From a virus (taxonomy: Duplodnaviria > Caudoviricetes): a stretch of 64,000 nucleotides of DNA. Position 1 is the first letter of the stretch, and every line of letters begins with the position of its first letter. The position numbers and the translations under genes were made by a program. The stretch is from positions 6,110 through 70,109 of the IMG/VR virus record IMGVR_UViG_3300033072_000343; one strand, written 5' to 3'. Positions 8,462 through 17,851 of the stretch are shown here, piece by piece. The notes below the pieces were generated by a model, which was not told the origin of the DNA, made no database searches, and worked only from the letters and a program-made list of their open reading frames with translations.

Positions 8462-9933
8462 TGGGTGAAAACAACCGTCGGCTTCTTGGACACTGTAATG
8501 GCCCGTCGTTCTACATCCATGGGCGTCTCGCTGATGAGCATGTAGGTGAGAGCGTCGAAGATGTGCTTGTTCTTGTCTCCGTCGCGAATCGGCTCTGCAC
8601 GGTTTGGACCCGGTTTCATTTCTCGGACCATCTTGATCGTGTTGTGCAGCTGGGCCGATATGAATACACGCCTATCGAAGAGCAGCTTCTTCAGAAGTCC
8701 GATGCGCTGCTTCACGCTTCCAGATCCTTTTGTGACTGCGTGCAGCACGATCTTGCCATGCGATACCTGACGCACAACAAGTTCGTCATACACATCTGAG
8801 GCGGCGCGGTATCTCCAAGCAGAGTTGTCTGACCAGTGCCGCCACAGCACGTTGGCGGTTCCGTGGGTGTCCTTGAGGTAGTCTTCCCACCACTGCATCT
8901 TCTCCATGACCAACTCGGTGAAGTCGGCGATCGACACCTTTCGGTCGATAACCACTGCCTCGTCGAGGATGTCGAAGATTGAATTTCCGTCGTCTCCAAT
9001 CCGTTTGCACGAGATCGAGCAGGCGTGGTTCACGTCACCCAAGTCCCAGCCAGTAAACAACTCGAAGCAGTTCTTTGGAGGCACGATGATCTCGTGGTCA
9101 TCCTCAGTTGCGCTGGTCACGTTCCCAACAACATGAGTGCTCGGCACGAAGACATCTGCGAAATGCCCATCGCTCACGTCCTCGACCCACTCTCCAAGCA
9201 CGTAACGAGCATACAGTTGCTTGTCGTAGGCGTACTTGTTGATGAGGTCTTGCTTCTCCCGCGGATCTAGGAACGTGTTGTCGTTGAGGCTGAATTGGAT
9301 GCGCTGGAACTGCGACTCAAACTGCTCGTTGTCGCTCGGCTTGCGTGTGAGCCAGATTCCGGCCAGCCAGTGGTTCACTCCGTTCTCAGGCGGGTTAAGG
9401 TCAGCGATGATCTGGTGGTTCTCGTATGGAATCTCAACGACACGCAGCTGGTCAGTCAGAACGTCGAACACAATTCGGTCCTCAAACTGATCAGCCTCCG
9501 ATAGCCACAGCAGCGAGAAGCGCGTCCCCTTGAACTTGGCTGATGCCTCCCAGACGTTTTCCAAAGAGTGAAGCTGAACCTCAGATTCTCCGCCGTAAGC
9601 GTTCCTGACCCGGGCGTATGACATCTTGGTCGCCACGTCCATGGTGGGCTCCTTGGTCCACTTCATGCCGATTTTGGCGTCCATCCACTGAGGCAGGATG
9701 GTCTTCGTGAGATCAGACCATACGCCCACCTTCCCGTTTTTCAGGGTCTTGGCAATGATGCCAACGGTGGCGTTGTTGTTCTCGAAAAGGTGGCGTGCAA
9801 CACGATGTGCAATCGCAAGCGATTTACCCGCTTTACGAGGGCCGTCCACCATGAGGTATCTGGCATACGAGTTGAATACCTCGAACCCTCGTGGTGAAAG
9901 ATCGGGCAACCACCGCCCTTGAGTGTCTTGCAT
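8458..9933 (-). CDS. terL: Terminase large subunit
   Basis: Walker A DGPRKAGKS, Walker B WLSEADQF, DLNP coupling motif, NDNTFL, nuclease GWDLG and HIFDALTY. Start placed at MQDTQ (9933). Confidence 0.9.
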   Translation of the reverse strand: MQDTQGRWLPDLSPRGFEVFNSYARYLMVDGPRKAGKSLAIAHRVARHLFENNNATVGIIAKTLKNGKVGVWSDLTKTILPQWMDAKIGMKWTKEPTMDVATKMSYARVRNAYGGESEVQLHSLENVWEASAKFKGTRFSLLWLSEADQFEDRIVFDVLTDQLRVVEIPYENHQIIADLNPPENGVNHWLAGIWLTRKPSDNEQFESQFQRIQFSLNDNTFLDPREKQDLINKYAYDKQLYARYVLGEWVEDVSDGHFADVFVPSTHVVGNVTSATEDDHEIIVPPKNCFELFTGWDLGDVNHACSISCKRIGDDGNSIFDILDEAVVIDRKVSIADFTELVMEKMQWWEDYLKDTHGTANVLWRHWSDNSAWRYRAASDVYDELVVRQVSHGKIVLHAVTKGSGSVKQRIGLLKKLLFDRRVFISAQLHNTIKMVREMKPGPNRAEPIRDGDKNKHIFDALTYMLISETPMDVERRAITVSKKPTVVFTQ

Positions 9934-9942
9934 AAGGTCGGT

Positions 9943-9997
9943 GCGACTTTCGGTTGTAAAAGAGCAGGATCGCGGGAAATCCTCCATCGAAAGTCGC
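9943..9997. promoter_or_regulatory. 10-bp perfect inverted repeat in the 69-bp divergent intergenic region
   Basis: GCGACTTTCG (9943-9952) and CGAAAGTCGC (9988-9997), 35 bp apart. Confidence 0.55.
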
Positions 9998-10002
9998 CAT
10001 CT

Positions 10003-10311
10003 ATGGACTCAATCACACTCAAGCGGGACGGCCTCGACGAATCGATCAACTCGCTCGAAGAGGGAGAAACCATGGAGATCCACGGTACTTTTACCGTCGT
10101 CTCTAAGTCTGACACTGAAATCGTTGGTGAGCTTACCGACGTGAAGAAGTGCGGGCACATGGGTGAGGACGAATACGAGCTCGACGATGAGGAAGGAGAA
10201 GACGAGGGTGGTGAGTACGGGGACGAGCCGAAAGGTAAACCCATGATGCACGGCAAGAAGGGCAAGGGCATGGGCATCCTCATTATGATCGGTGGACCCA
10301 AGAAGAAGTAA
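10003..10311 (+). CDS. Small acidic protein with a basic tail
   Basis: E/D-rich, ends MHGKKGKGMGILIMIGGPKKK; first gene of the structural operon. Confidence 0.6.
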   Translation: MDSITLKRDGLDESINSLEEGETMEIHGTFTVVSKSDTEIVGELTDVKKCGHMGEDEYELDDEEGEDEGGEYGDEPKGKPMMHGKKGKGMGILIMIGGPKKK

Positions 10312-10322
10312 CCTACTGACAC

Positions 10323-12782
10323 ATGGTCGATCTCGAAGTCCTAAAGAAGCGCGGCGGAACGGTTGAAGAACTCAAGAAGAAGTTCACGGCCGAGAAGCTC
10401 GACGACAAGATCAAGGCGTTGATCGACATGAACTCGTCGCGTATCGACGAGGGCATTCAGCGCAACTTGAACGAGGCTAGGACTTGGTACGCTATCGACC
10501 AGGCGTTTGACGCTTCGCAGCGGCAGATTACCTACACACTCGTTGAGGGCCTGCTTTCCAAGGGCACCTCTACTGAGAAGGTGATGGATGCGATGAAATC
10601 GATGGGCCTCACGTCGAGGCTGTCGAACATGCTGCTCCCGCTGTGCAATTCGGATGGCACCAAGAAGTGCGGACCAGACGGCAAGCCGCTGATGAAGCTG
10701 GACATGCCGACGTTCTTCCACATTTTCGTTCCGCTGGTTCAGGCGTACACGAAGATGCGCTGGGCCAAGCTGTTCAGCGATCGAGACATCTACCCGCTCT
10801 ACAAGTACGAGCCGGTGTCCACCACGATGCAGAACCGTGTGCGCTGTGAGATCATCACGAGCCGCATTCAGCGCATGGTTCAGGAAATGGGCTATCGTGA
10901 GGACGAGCGCCAATCGATCCTGCAGATGCTCAAGTACGGCGTCTGCATGAACTTCCCTGCTGAGGACTTCTACCGAGAGAAGCAGATCTACCTCGAGAAC
11001 AAGAAAGAGGTTGAGCGCACTATCAAGGAGGGCGTCCGCTTCGAGATCCCCCACCCAAGCCGCATGTTCTACGACCTCAACAGTCGTTTGAGCACTGCCA
11101 ACACCGATACCGGAATCGAGTACGCCGGATTCTGGAACGTGCTTCGGTACAAGGACGTAAAGAACAACAAGCAGTTCTGGAACACCGAAAACATCCAGTT
11201 CAAATACGGAAGTTGGGTTGAGTCGAAGTACAACTTCTACCGCGAGATCAACCCCTGCATGCTTAAGTTCCCGGACCCCACGGCATTTAGCCCTGGAGCC
11301 GGTGACACCGATCGTATTCGCGAGGCCTACCGGTACACTACCAATCACCAAGACGAGGGTGTTACGGTGGTCAGCTACTTCCAGAAACTCATTCCGTCTG
11401 AGTGGAATCTGTTCGACTACGATCACCCCGTGTGGATGCGATTCATCCACACCGGATCTCATACTGTCAGTCATGCTGTACCGCTGGCCTACAACCCGCT
11501 GGTTGCCTACCTCTACGACTCAGACATGGGCAGCGCCAGAAACTCCTCGCTCGCGTTGGAGATTCTCCCATTCCAGGACCATCTGTCCAACATGCTCACC
11601 CAGTACATTTTGACGGTGAAGCAGAACCTGGAGCGCATCGTTTTCTGGAACTCGGATGTCGTTGATCAGAAGTACATCGACATCATCAACAACCTCGGAG
11701 AGAAGAAGTACCGCGGCGTCACGTTCGTGCCGTATTCCAAGCGTGAACTCAGCTGGCAGCAGCAGTCTGAGCGTGATGCGTTTACACCTGTCCAGCTGCC
11801 TCAAGGCTCTTCTGGTGAGATCGCAAGCGGTGTGAACCAGTTGATCTCCATGATGGAGCGCGTGCTTGGTTTCTCGCCTCAGGAGGTCGGCCTTCCTGCA
11901 GCCCATGAACAGACTGCTCAAGAGGTTCAGATCATTGCCAGCAACACGAGCAACCGGCTGGAGCTTACCGGCAGTTTCATCGATGCAGCCATCAAGGCCC
12001 GCAAGAAGCTCCTTTACGAGGCATTCTTGGCCTACTCAGACGATGAGGTGCTGGCTGATGTCGCCGAGGTTGACGAGGTGAAGAAACAGACTCTCGACAA
12101 GATGGGCTTCAAGGTGGATGAGCCTGAGGGTCGCAACACGACTGCTGGCATTCGTGGCAGCAAAGACGCCCTCCGAGTTGACGGCTTCTCGAGTGATCGT
12201 GAGGGCGCTGATCGTATCGTGGATTCCAAGTTGGCCGGAACGATGATCCAGACGTTCCAGTCGATCTTCGCGAACCCGGTACTCGCCCAAGCTGCTGGCC
12301 TCAATCAGCTGGTCGACCTCTTCAATCAGGTGCTCGTCTACAGCGGTGCCCCCAAAGATTTCCGCCTGCGTGTTCAGCCTCAACAGGAACAACCATCGCC
12401 CGAGGAGGCTCAGCAACAGCAGGCGGCCCAAGAGCAGCAACAGGCTGCCCAGCAGCAGCAGATACAGGAGCAGTTGGCTCAGATGGCCAGCCAGATAGTC
12501 GACGGAAAGCTGATGGAACTCAGCGAGGGTCTTCGGACCAATCTGGTGGAGCCGCTGCAGGTTCAGTCGCAACAGACCACACAGGCAATTCAACAGCTTG
12601 CCCAGCAGCAGGATCAACAGAGTCAGGCGCTGGTCAGGCTGTTTCAGATAATCCAGTCGGCACAGCAAGATCCCAATGTTGGAAGTCCAAGTCAGGTCGC
12701 TGGAGGCTACCCAGTCGGGCAAGCTCCAGAAATGGCTCCTGTCCCCGGAGTATTACCTCCTCAGGCAGGCCCTGTTGGCTGA
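10323..12782 (+). CDS. Portal protein
   Basis: 819 aa, located before scaffold and capsid; contains QMLKYG..M, ISMMERVLG and TAQEVQ segments and a Q-rich C-terminal barrel like P22-type portals. Confidence 0.75.
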   Translation: MVDLEVLKKRGGTVEELKKKFTAEKLDDKIKALIDMNSSRIDEGIQRNLNEARTWYAIDQAFDASQRQITYTLVEGLLSKGTSTEKVMDAMKSMGLTSRLSNMLLPLCNSDGTKKCGPDGKPLMKLDMPTFFHIFVPLVQAYTKMRWAKLFSDRDIYPLYKYEPVSTTMQNRVRCEIITSRIQRMVQEMGYREDERQSILQMLKYGVCMNFPAEDFYREKQIYLENKKEVERTIKEGVRFEIPHPSRMFYDLNSRLSTANTDTGIEYAGFWNVLRYKDVKNNKQFWNTENIQFKYGSWVESKYNFYREINPCMLKFPDPTAFSPGAGDTDRIREAYRYTTNHQDEGVTVVSYFQKLIPSEWNLFDYDHPVWMRFIHTGSHTVSHAVPLAYNPLVAYLYDSDMGSARNSSLALEILPFQDHLSNMLTQYILTVKQNLERIVFWNSDVVDQKYIDIINNLGEKKYRGVTFVPYSKRELSWQQQSERDAFTPVQLPQGSSGEIASGVNQLISMMERVLGFSPQEVGLPAAHEQTAQEVQIIASNTSNRLELTGSFIDAAIKARKKLLYEAFLAYSDDEVLADVAEVDEVKKQTLDKMGFKVDEPEGRNTTAGIRGSKDALRVDGFSSDREGADRIVDSKLAGTMIQTFQSIFANPVLAQAAGLNQLVDLFNQVLVYSGAPKDFRLRVQPQQEQPSPEEAQQQQAAQEQQQAAQQQQIQEQLAQMASQIVDGKLMELSEGLRTNLVEPLQVQSQQTTQAIQQLAQQQDQQSQALVRLFQIIQSAQQDPNVGSPSQVAGGYPVGQAPEMAPVPGVLPPQAGPVG

Positions 12783-12993
12783 GGTAGCTGTTCTGCAGGC
12801 AACTGCATCGAACGTCATCACGAGAAACGCTGATGCAATCCGCGCCCAAGCGGGATTGGACACTCGTGCGTCTCAGTCACTCACCCAAGCAGCGCGTATC
12901 CAAACGTGCCTAGACATTCTCGCAACGGTGTCCTCAGAGGGATACCAGTTCAAAACCGCAGAAGTGCATATCACGGACAAGCATGACAACTGA
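12676..12993 (+). CDS. Small helical protein between portal and scaffold
   Basis: Protein-like amphipathic sequence overlapping the portal 3' end by 107 nt and the scaffold start by 11 nt. Confidence 0.5.
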   Translation: MLEVQVRSLEATQSGKLQKWLLSPEYYLLRQALLAEVAVLQATASNVITRNADAIRAQAGLDTRASQSLTQAARIQTCLDILATVSSEGYQFKTAEVHITDKHDN

Positions 12994-14530
12994 ACAACAG
13001 CAGTCGCAAGACGCAGACCAGACAGGACTCGGGCAGATGAATGCTGCCCGCAGCGCACCGGCCGAAAAGTCTCCGGCCGAAACCGCAGCCATGAACGAAG
13101 CCGCCAAAGAGGCGAGCATGATGCTACTGGACAAGCTGCTTGGTGAGGAAAACCAGCAACAGTCCGAAGATGGTCAGAAGGCTGCCGAGGAGCCCGGAAA
13201 TGAGGAGCCTCCCGCGAAGAAGCCCGAGGAGAAAAAGCCCGCAAAGAAGGCCGAAAAGAAGGCTGAACCGAAAGCGGAGCAGAAGGTCATTGAGAAGCCT
13301 GCTCCCAAGGCAAGTGAGGAGGAATCCGAAGATCGCTCCGAAGATCCGAAACCGCGTCGGAAAATCTCGGCCGAGAAGATCACCGAGATGGCCAGCAAGG
13401 CAGCCGCGGAGGCGACCGCTGAAACGATTCGGCAGATGGAGGAGCGCCGTCTCGAGGCTGAGTATGCCCGGAAGCAGGAGGCAGCCCGTCGTGAGGAAGA
13501 GGTCGAGGTTCCTGAAGAGTTCCGTGATGAGGTTGATCGTCTTCGCGAGGTCCAGAAGCTGCACCCGAACGACTACAAGGGTCGCGACCTAGCCAAGGAG
13601 TTCCTCGAGAGTTCCAAGAAAGAACGGGACTACGAGAAGAAGTGGCGCAAGGAGAACCCGGGTGTCGAGTTCGACTGGGAGGATGAGGAGCACGCCGACT
13701 TCGTTGATCAAAACGCTGTCGAGGTTGACGAGCGCCACCTGAAAAACGCTGAGCGTTCCATCATCAAGGAGCAGGCGATCAGGGAGGCCGAGGAGCGGTT
13801 CGCCAAGAAGTACGGCCAGGACATCGAAGAGGTTCGCCGCTCTCGCGCTGAGGCCCAGCTTGCGCCAATACGCCAGCAGGTTGACCAGATGGCGTCTCAG
13901 AGCCTCTTGGAGGTTCTTCGGCCTGACCTGGTGGATACGTTCTCCACTGACAGAGCCAAGGTGGTTGAAGAGATCAAGAACGACCCCATCGCCATGGAGG
14001 CTGTCTCTACGGTCGAACAGTGGAGTCTGCCTGCACTCGATGCCGCTGTGCGCGTCATCAACAACCCGGATGGGTACAGCAACAAGTCGCCCGAGGTTCA
14101 GCGACTGGTCAACACCGCGCTGCACGTCGAGAAGGTGCTGTCTTCAGTCCCGCGTGAAGAGCGTCCTGTGGCGGAAGACGGGCGCAAGTTTTCAACGATG
14201 CGCGACTACGCAAACATGCCTGCCGCCCAGCGTTCCAAGTACTACACGGTGCGAGATGAGGAGCTGGTTCCCCAGCTGATCATCAAGACAGCCCAATACG
14301 AGGCCAGCCGAATCAAGGCTGACCTTGAAAATAAGGCCGAGGCGTTCGCCAAGCGCATGGGCTACACGAAAACGGAGAGCAAAACCTCACAAAAGGTGGA
14401 GCAAAAACAGCAGCGCGAGTCGAGCGCCCCGAGTGTCAGGGCTCAGGTGTCTCAGCCCGATGCTGGCAATGATGATAATGGGAACGTAAACGGTCTCCCT
14501 AAAGCGTTTTGGCAGAGTATCGGATTGTGA
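12983..14530 (+). CDS. Capsid scaffolding protein (putative)
   Basis: E/K-rich coiled-coil protein directly upstream of the capsid gene; short conserved-looking C-terminus LPKAFWQSIGL. Confidence 0.6.
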   Translation: MTTEQQQSQDADQTGLGQMNAARSAPAEKSPAETAAMNEAAKEASMMLLDKLLGEENQQQSEDGQKAAEEPGNEEPPAKKPEEKKPAKKAEKKAEPKAEQKVIEKPAPKASEEESEDRSEDPKPRRKISAEKITEMASKAAAEATAETIRQMEERRLEAEYARKQEAARREEEVEVPEEFRDEVDRLREVQKLHPNDYKGRDLAKEFLESSKKERDYEKKWRKENPGVEFDWEDEEHADFVDQNAVEVDERHLKNAERSIIKEQAIREAEERFAKKYGQDIEEVRRSRAEAQLAPIRQQVDQMASQSLLEVLRPDLVDTFSTDRAKVVEEIKNDPIAMEAVSTVEQWSLPALDAAVRVINNPDGYSNKSPEVQRLVNTALHVEKVLSSVPREERPVAEDGRKFSTMRDYANMPAAQRSKYYTVRDEELVPQLIIKTAQYEASRIKADLENKAEAFAKRMGYTKTESKTSQKVEQKQQRESSAPSVRAQVSQPDAGNDDNGNVNGLPKAFWQSIGL

Positions 14531-14642
14531 CGGCTCTCTGCGCAAATTAGAGCAGCGGTGATTGTAAAACACAAAATCGACTGACCTATTCACAAACAGG
14601 TCAATCTAGTGACAAGATAAGCGGCGAAAGGAATAACTGAAT

Positions 14643-16412
14643 ATGCCTATTGCAACCCCTACCGACAACCTGTTCAGCAGGTGTCTTCCGGCCATCGGGA
14701 CCAACATTGAGTCCTGTGGCGCTGTGACCGCGTGCGACGCCAAGGTCGTCACGTCCGGTGATCTCGCGTCGATCTACGGATCGAACGACACCAACTACCG
14801 CATTCTCGGCAACCTGATTGCCGCGGACTTCGTGGGAAAGGCTGTCGGCGTCCGCCAGAACGGTCTCTATGACTTCCTCCAGGCCAACAAGCGCGTGATG
14901 GGCGGCAAGCGCCTGAGCGTGCAGCAAGTGGCTGGTGGTGTCTGGGAGCTCTCGCCCTTCATCAAGATGGGCCGGAAGCGTCAGGTCAACAGTGAGTACT
15001 GGACCGCTCGCGTGGTCGCCGCCACTGGTGCCACCCCGTCTCAGACCGCTGATCTCGACCTGAAGATCTACTCGCAGAGCTCCATCCCTGCCGACTCCCG
15101 CTGGTTCCCGAATGGTCTCCGGATCTTCGTGTCCGGCAAGAACGCCGGCTCTGGCAGCCCTGCCACTGGCGACACCACCTACCGCCTTGCGTTCGTCGTT
15201 AAGGCGTACGTGAGCTCTGGTTCCGATGCCAACGGCGCGTTCGTTCGCATCACCGTCACCCCGCAGAATGCTGGCTCCGTGTTTGCGGCTTCCGGCAACG
15301 CCGCCGCGGTTCAGGCCAAGGCGAAGATCCCGGCCAACCTCGCTGCGGACGCCGTCATCGGTCTTGTGGTGCGCGGCACTCCCAACGTCTCCGACTACGA
15401 GAGCCACTGCGCCGAGATCCCGGGCATCAACAACAACCAGCTGCTTCCGTTCTGGATCGAGACCACCCGGTACTCGATCTGCGAAGACGAGCTCACCCAG
15501 AAGTACCTCTCGGCGCTTCGGGACTCGAACCCGTTCTTCAAGCAGTTTGGTGATGTTGAGACCGTTGAGCTCAACCGCCAGATCATTGAGGATTTCCAGC
15601 GCCGTCACGCCAACAGCTTCTTCTTCAACAAGCCGCTGAACGCGAACCAGACGCTGGCGAACTACAACAACCTCCCGGCGATCAATGTGCCTACCGGCTC
15701 CTTGAACCTCGCTGTGGACGGTCGCTGCATTGGTCGCAAGGCCAACGCCACCGGCATCTACGAGCAGCTGGGCGAGTGCGGTCGTGTGTACGACATGGAG
15801 GCCGACACCCTCGACCTGAACAAGCTGTTCAACACGCTCTACCGCCTCCAGCGGGAGCGCGAGGCTGCCGGCACCAAGGCGGACATCATCGAGCTCTTCA
15901 CCGACTCGTTCTACGCGAACCAGTTCATCATCGGCATGGTGAACTACTTCAAGGCGAAGTACGGCTCCGACGTGTTCCGACTGACCATGCAGCTGAACCA
16001 GGGTGGCGAGCAGGGGCCGTTCGGCTTCCGCTTCTACCGCTTCACCCTCGACTACCCGCAGGTCGAGCTCCGCATCGTCACCCACCGCATGTTCGACGAC
16101 ATGCTCGCCGCCCACAAGGCGGCTGGGTTCGAGACCGCTGGCCGCATGATGTGGGCTATCGACTGGCAGAATGTCTACCAGGGCATCATCGACTCGAACA
16201 GCGTCACCAACAAGACTGGCGATCTGAAGCAGCTTGCCGCTGTGGATGACAGCTACTCCTGCGTGATGAAGGTGCCGAGCCGGACCACCAAGCTGACCAG
16301 CACCACCTACACGGCGGTTCTGGAAGCTGAGACCACCAGCTTCGTGCTGGAGAATCTGGGCTCCACTGCCCCGATTGGAAACAGCACGAACGACGGTTCG
16401 TACTACGTCTAA
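14643..16412 (+). CDS. Major capsid protein (putative)
   Basis: Strongest codon bias in the window, AAAGGA upstream, terminator downstream, and position after portal and scaffold. Confidence 0.7.
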   Translation: MPIATPTDNLFSRCLPAIGTNIESCGAVTACDAKVVTSGDLASIYGSNDTNYRILGNLIAADFVGKAVGVRQNGLYDFLQANKRVMGGKRLSVQQVAGGVWELSPFIKMGRKRQVNSEYWTARVVAATGATPSQTADLDLKIYSQSSIPADSRWFPNGLRIFVSGKNAGSGSPATGDTTYRLAFVVKAYVSSGSDANGAFVRITVTPQNAGSVFAASGNAAAVQAKAKIPANLAADAVIGLVVRGTPNVSDYESHCAEIPGINNNQLLPFWIETTRYSICEDELTQKYLSALRDSNPFFKQFGDVETVELNRQIIEDFQRRHANSFFFNKPLNANQTLANYNNLPAINVPTGSLNLAVDGRCIGRKANATGIYEQLGECGRVYDMEADTLDLNKLFNTLYRLQREREAAGTKADIIELFTDSFYANQFIIGMVNYFKAKYGSDVFRLTMQLNQGGEQGPFGFRFYRFTLDYPQVELRIVTHRMFDDMLAAHKAAGFETAGRMMWAIDWQNVYQGIIDSNSVTNKTGDLKQLAAVDDSYSCVMKVPSRTTKLTSTTYTAVLEAETTSFVLENLGSTAPIGNSTNDGSYYV

Positions 16413-16426
16413 TCCGTGAATGCACT

Positions 16427-16461
16427 GGGCGGGTGGGTCTAACGGCTCACCCGCCCTTTTT
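16427..16461 (+). terminator. Intrinsic terminator after the capsid gene
   Basis: GGGCGGGTG/CACCCGCCC stem followed by TTTTT. Confidence 0.85.
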
Positions 16462-16511
16462 GTTGGATGACTTTCAGTTGCGGCTCTCAACACCCTGATC
16501 AAAATCTCGCC

Positions 16512-16928
16512 ATGCGGTACTTTGGAAAATCTCTCGTTTACAACACCATTCAGGCGTCCGACGGACGCACCGTCCCGTTCATTGAGGGCGCTGCTGGTAT
16601 CGGTCTTCTGGCCACTGAGGACGCGGTCTTTATCGCAGAACTCGAGCTCCGAATCCGCGAAAAGCGCGGCGGAATCTGGGAGATGACACAAGAGGTTTAC
16701 GACGAGGAGTTAAAAAAAAAGAACGCCTCGCAATCGCTGCAGCCGTCGTTAACCAGACAGGGTCTGACTCTGGCAGCGGTTCAAGCTCAGGCACAACTCC
16801 AGTCAGGCGATCCTGCTGCGGCCGTGGCTCCCGCGTCTGACAAGCCGAAGCAGGCCGACCAAACGCCATCCGCCTCGCCGGATGAGGTCAAGGTTTCAAA
16901 GCCGACAGTCGGAAAACTGAAACGCTAA
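16512..16928 (+). CDS. Hypothetical protein
   Basis: ORF track; start moved to MRYFG, downstream of the terminator. Confidence 0.55.
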   Translation: MRYFGKSLVYNTIQASDGRTVPFIEGAAGIGLLATEDAVFIAELELRIREKRGGIWEMTQEVYDEELKKKNASQSLQPSLTRQGLTLAAVQAQAQLQSGDPAAAVAPASDKPKQADQTPSASPDEVKVSKPTVGKLKR

Positions 16929-16943
16929 ACCAGGCCACATCCC

Positions 16944-17195
16944 ATGAGCGACATTCAAGCCAACCACATCGTTGCAGCCAAGTCCGGTGCCATGTCCATC
17001 GGCGGGATGGTCGCCATGGCTGTTTCGCACATTTTCAGCCTGCCAAGCTGGGTTCAGATGGCCGCCGCGGTGGCCACAATGTGTGCGAGCTTCTACGCTA
17101 TCCGTTTGAGTCGGGTGAACATCAAGAAGATCGAGGCTGAGCTCAAGATACTGCGAGCCAAAGCGAACCAACTTGGTGTATCAATAGACGACTGA
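16944..17195 (+). CDS. Small membrane protein, holin-like
   Basis: 83 aa, two hydrophobic segments, charged C-terminus; 1-nt overlap with the next gene. Confidence 0.4.
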   Translation: MSDIQANHIVAAKSGAMSIGGMVAMAVSHIFSLPSWVQMAAAVATMCASFYAIRLSRVNIKKIEAELKILRAKANQLGVSIDD

Positions 17196-17851
17196 TGAAA
17201 CCGTTCCTGATCACATTGCTACTGTTCATTGCTGGGTGCGGCGCTTTGGTGCCAAGCACCGCGAAGCGCACATCGTCAACGTCAGAGGCCGCCGCTTCCA
17301 CGCTCAAGGGTTCTGAGCAGTTCTCCAAAATCGTTACAGGACAGAGGCCTGACCCCAAAACCGCTACGGAGTTTCACGTTGGCGGACTTGGAAACAAGGT
17401 GAGCGTCACGATCCCGAAAGAGCCGGAACAGATTCCGCAGGCACCTCAGGTCGCAATGGTCGCTGTCCCAGTGGTTCCGAAAGAAACCCAAAAAACGGTT
17501 CAGGCTCAAACCCAGCAGCCGTATCGTGAAGAGATTCACTACTCGTCCAACGTGGATGCCTCAGACAAGGAAAAGACAACCGAGTCGATTTCAAAGTCGG
17601 TTTCAATTCCGCTGGGTGTTAACCTGATTCTGATGGCGATGGGCATGCTCGCCGTGCTGTTCGCGATCAACCGGGCGAGGAAGTCTAGCCTTGCCGTGAA
17701 CGCAGCGTACCAGACGTTCGACTCTGTGCTTGCTGGGCAGATCAGAAGCATCAGAGAACGCGCCATTCTCTCGACCGACAACCAGACAATCAGCATGCTG
17801 AACGCCCAGATTGCCGACATCGAGGCTCAGCGCGGAAGGCTTGTACGATGA
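17195..17851 (+). CDS. Lipoprotein with a C-terminal transmembrane helix (unimolecular-spanin topology)
   Basis: MKPFLITLLLFIAG-C lipobox; TM segment LGVNLILMAMGMLAVLFAI followed by RARK. Confidence 0.5.
   Translation: MKPFLITLLLFIAGCGALVPSTAKRTSSTSEAAASTLKGSEQFSKIVTGQRPDPKTATEFHVGGLGNKVSVTIPKEPEQIPQAPQVAMVAVPVVPKETQKTVQAQTQQPYREEIHYSSNVDASDKEKTTESISKSVSIPLGVNLILMAMGMLAVLFAINRARKSSLAVNAAYQTFDSVLAGQIRSIRERAILSTDNQTISMLNAQIADIEAQRGRLVR

Noticed and set aside
9943-9997. Invertible promoter switch driven by the tyrosine recombinase
   Set aside because: 10-bp arms with a 35-bp spacer are shorter than known invertible elements; kept only as a regulatory inverted repeat.
12390-12620. CAG-rich repeats in the portal 3' end
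   Set aside because: They simply encode the Q-rich helical barrel typical of portals.
14601-16691. 696-aa antisense ORF over the capsid gene (also 22222-23838, 36369-37808, 39702-41105, 49854-50648, 51884-52861 and similar)
   Set aside because: Mirror-frame ORFs produced by strong GC3 codon bias on the coding strand; no motifs or plausible starts.
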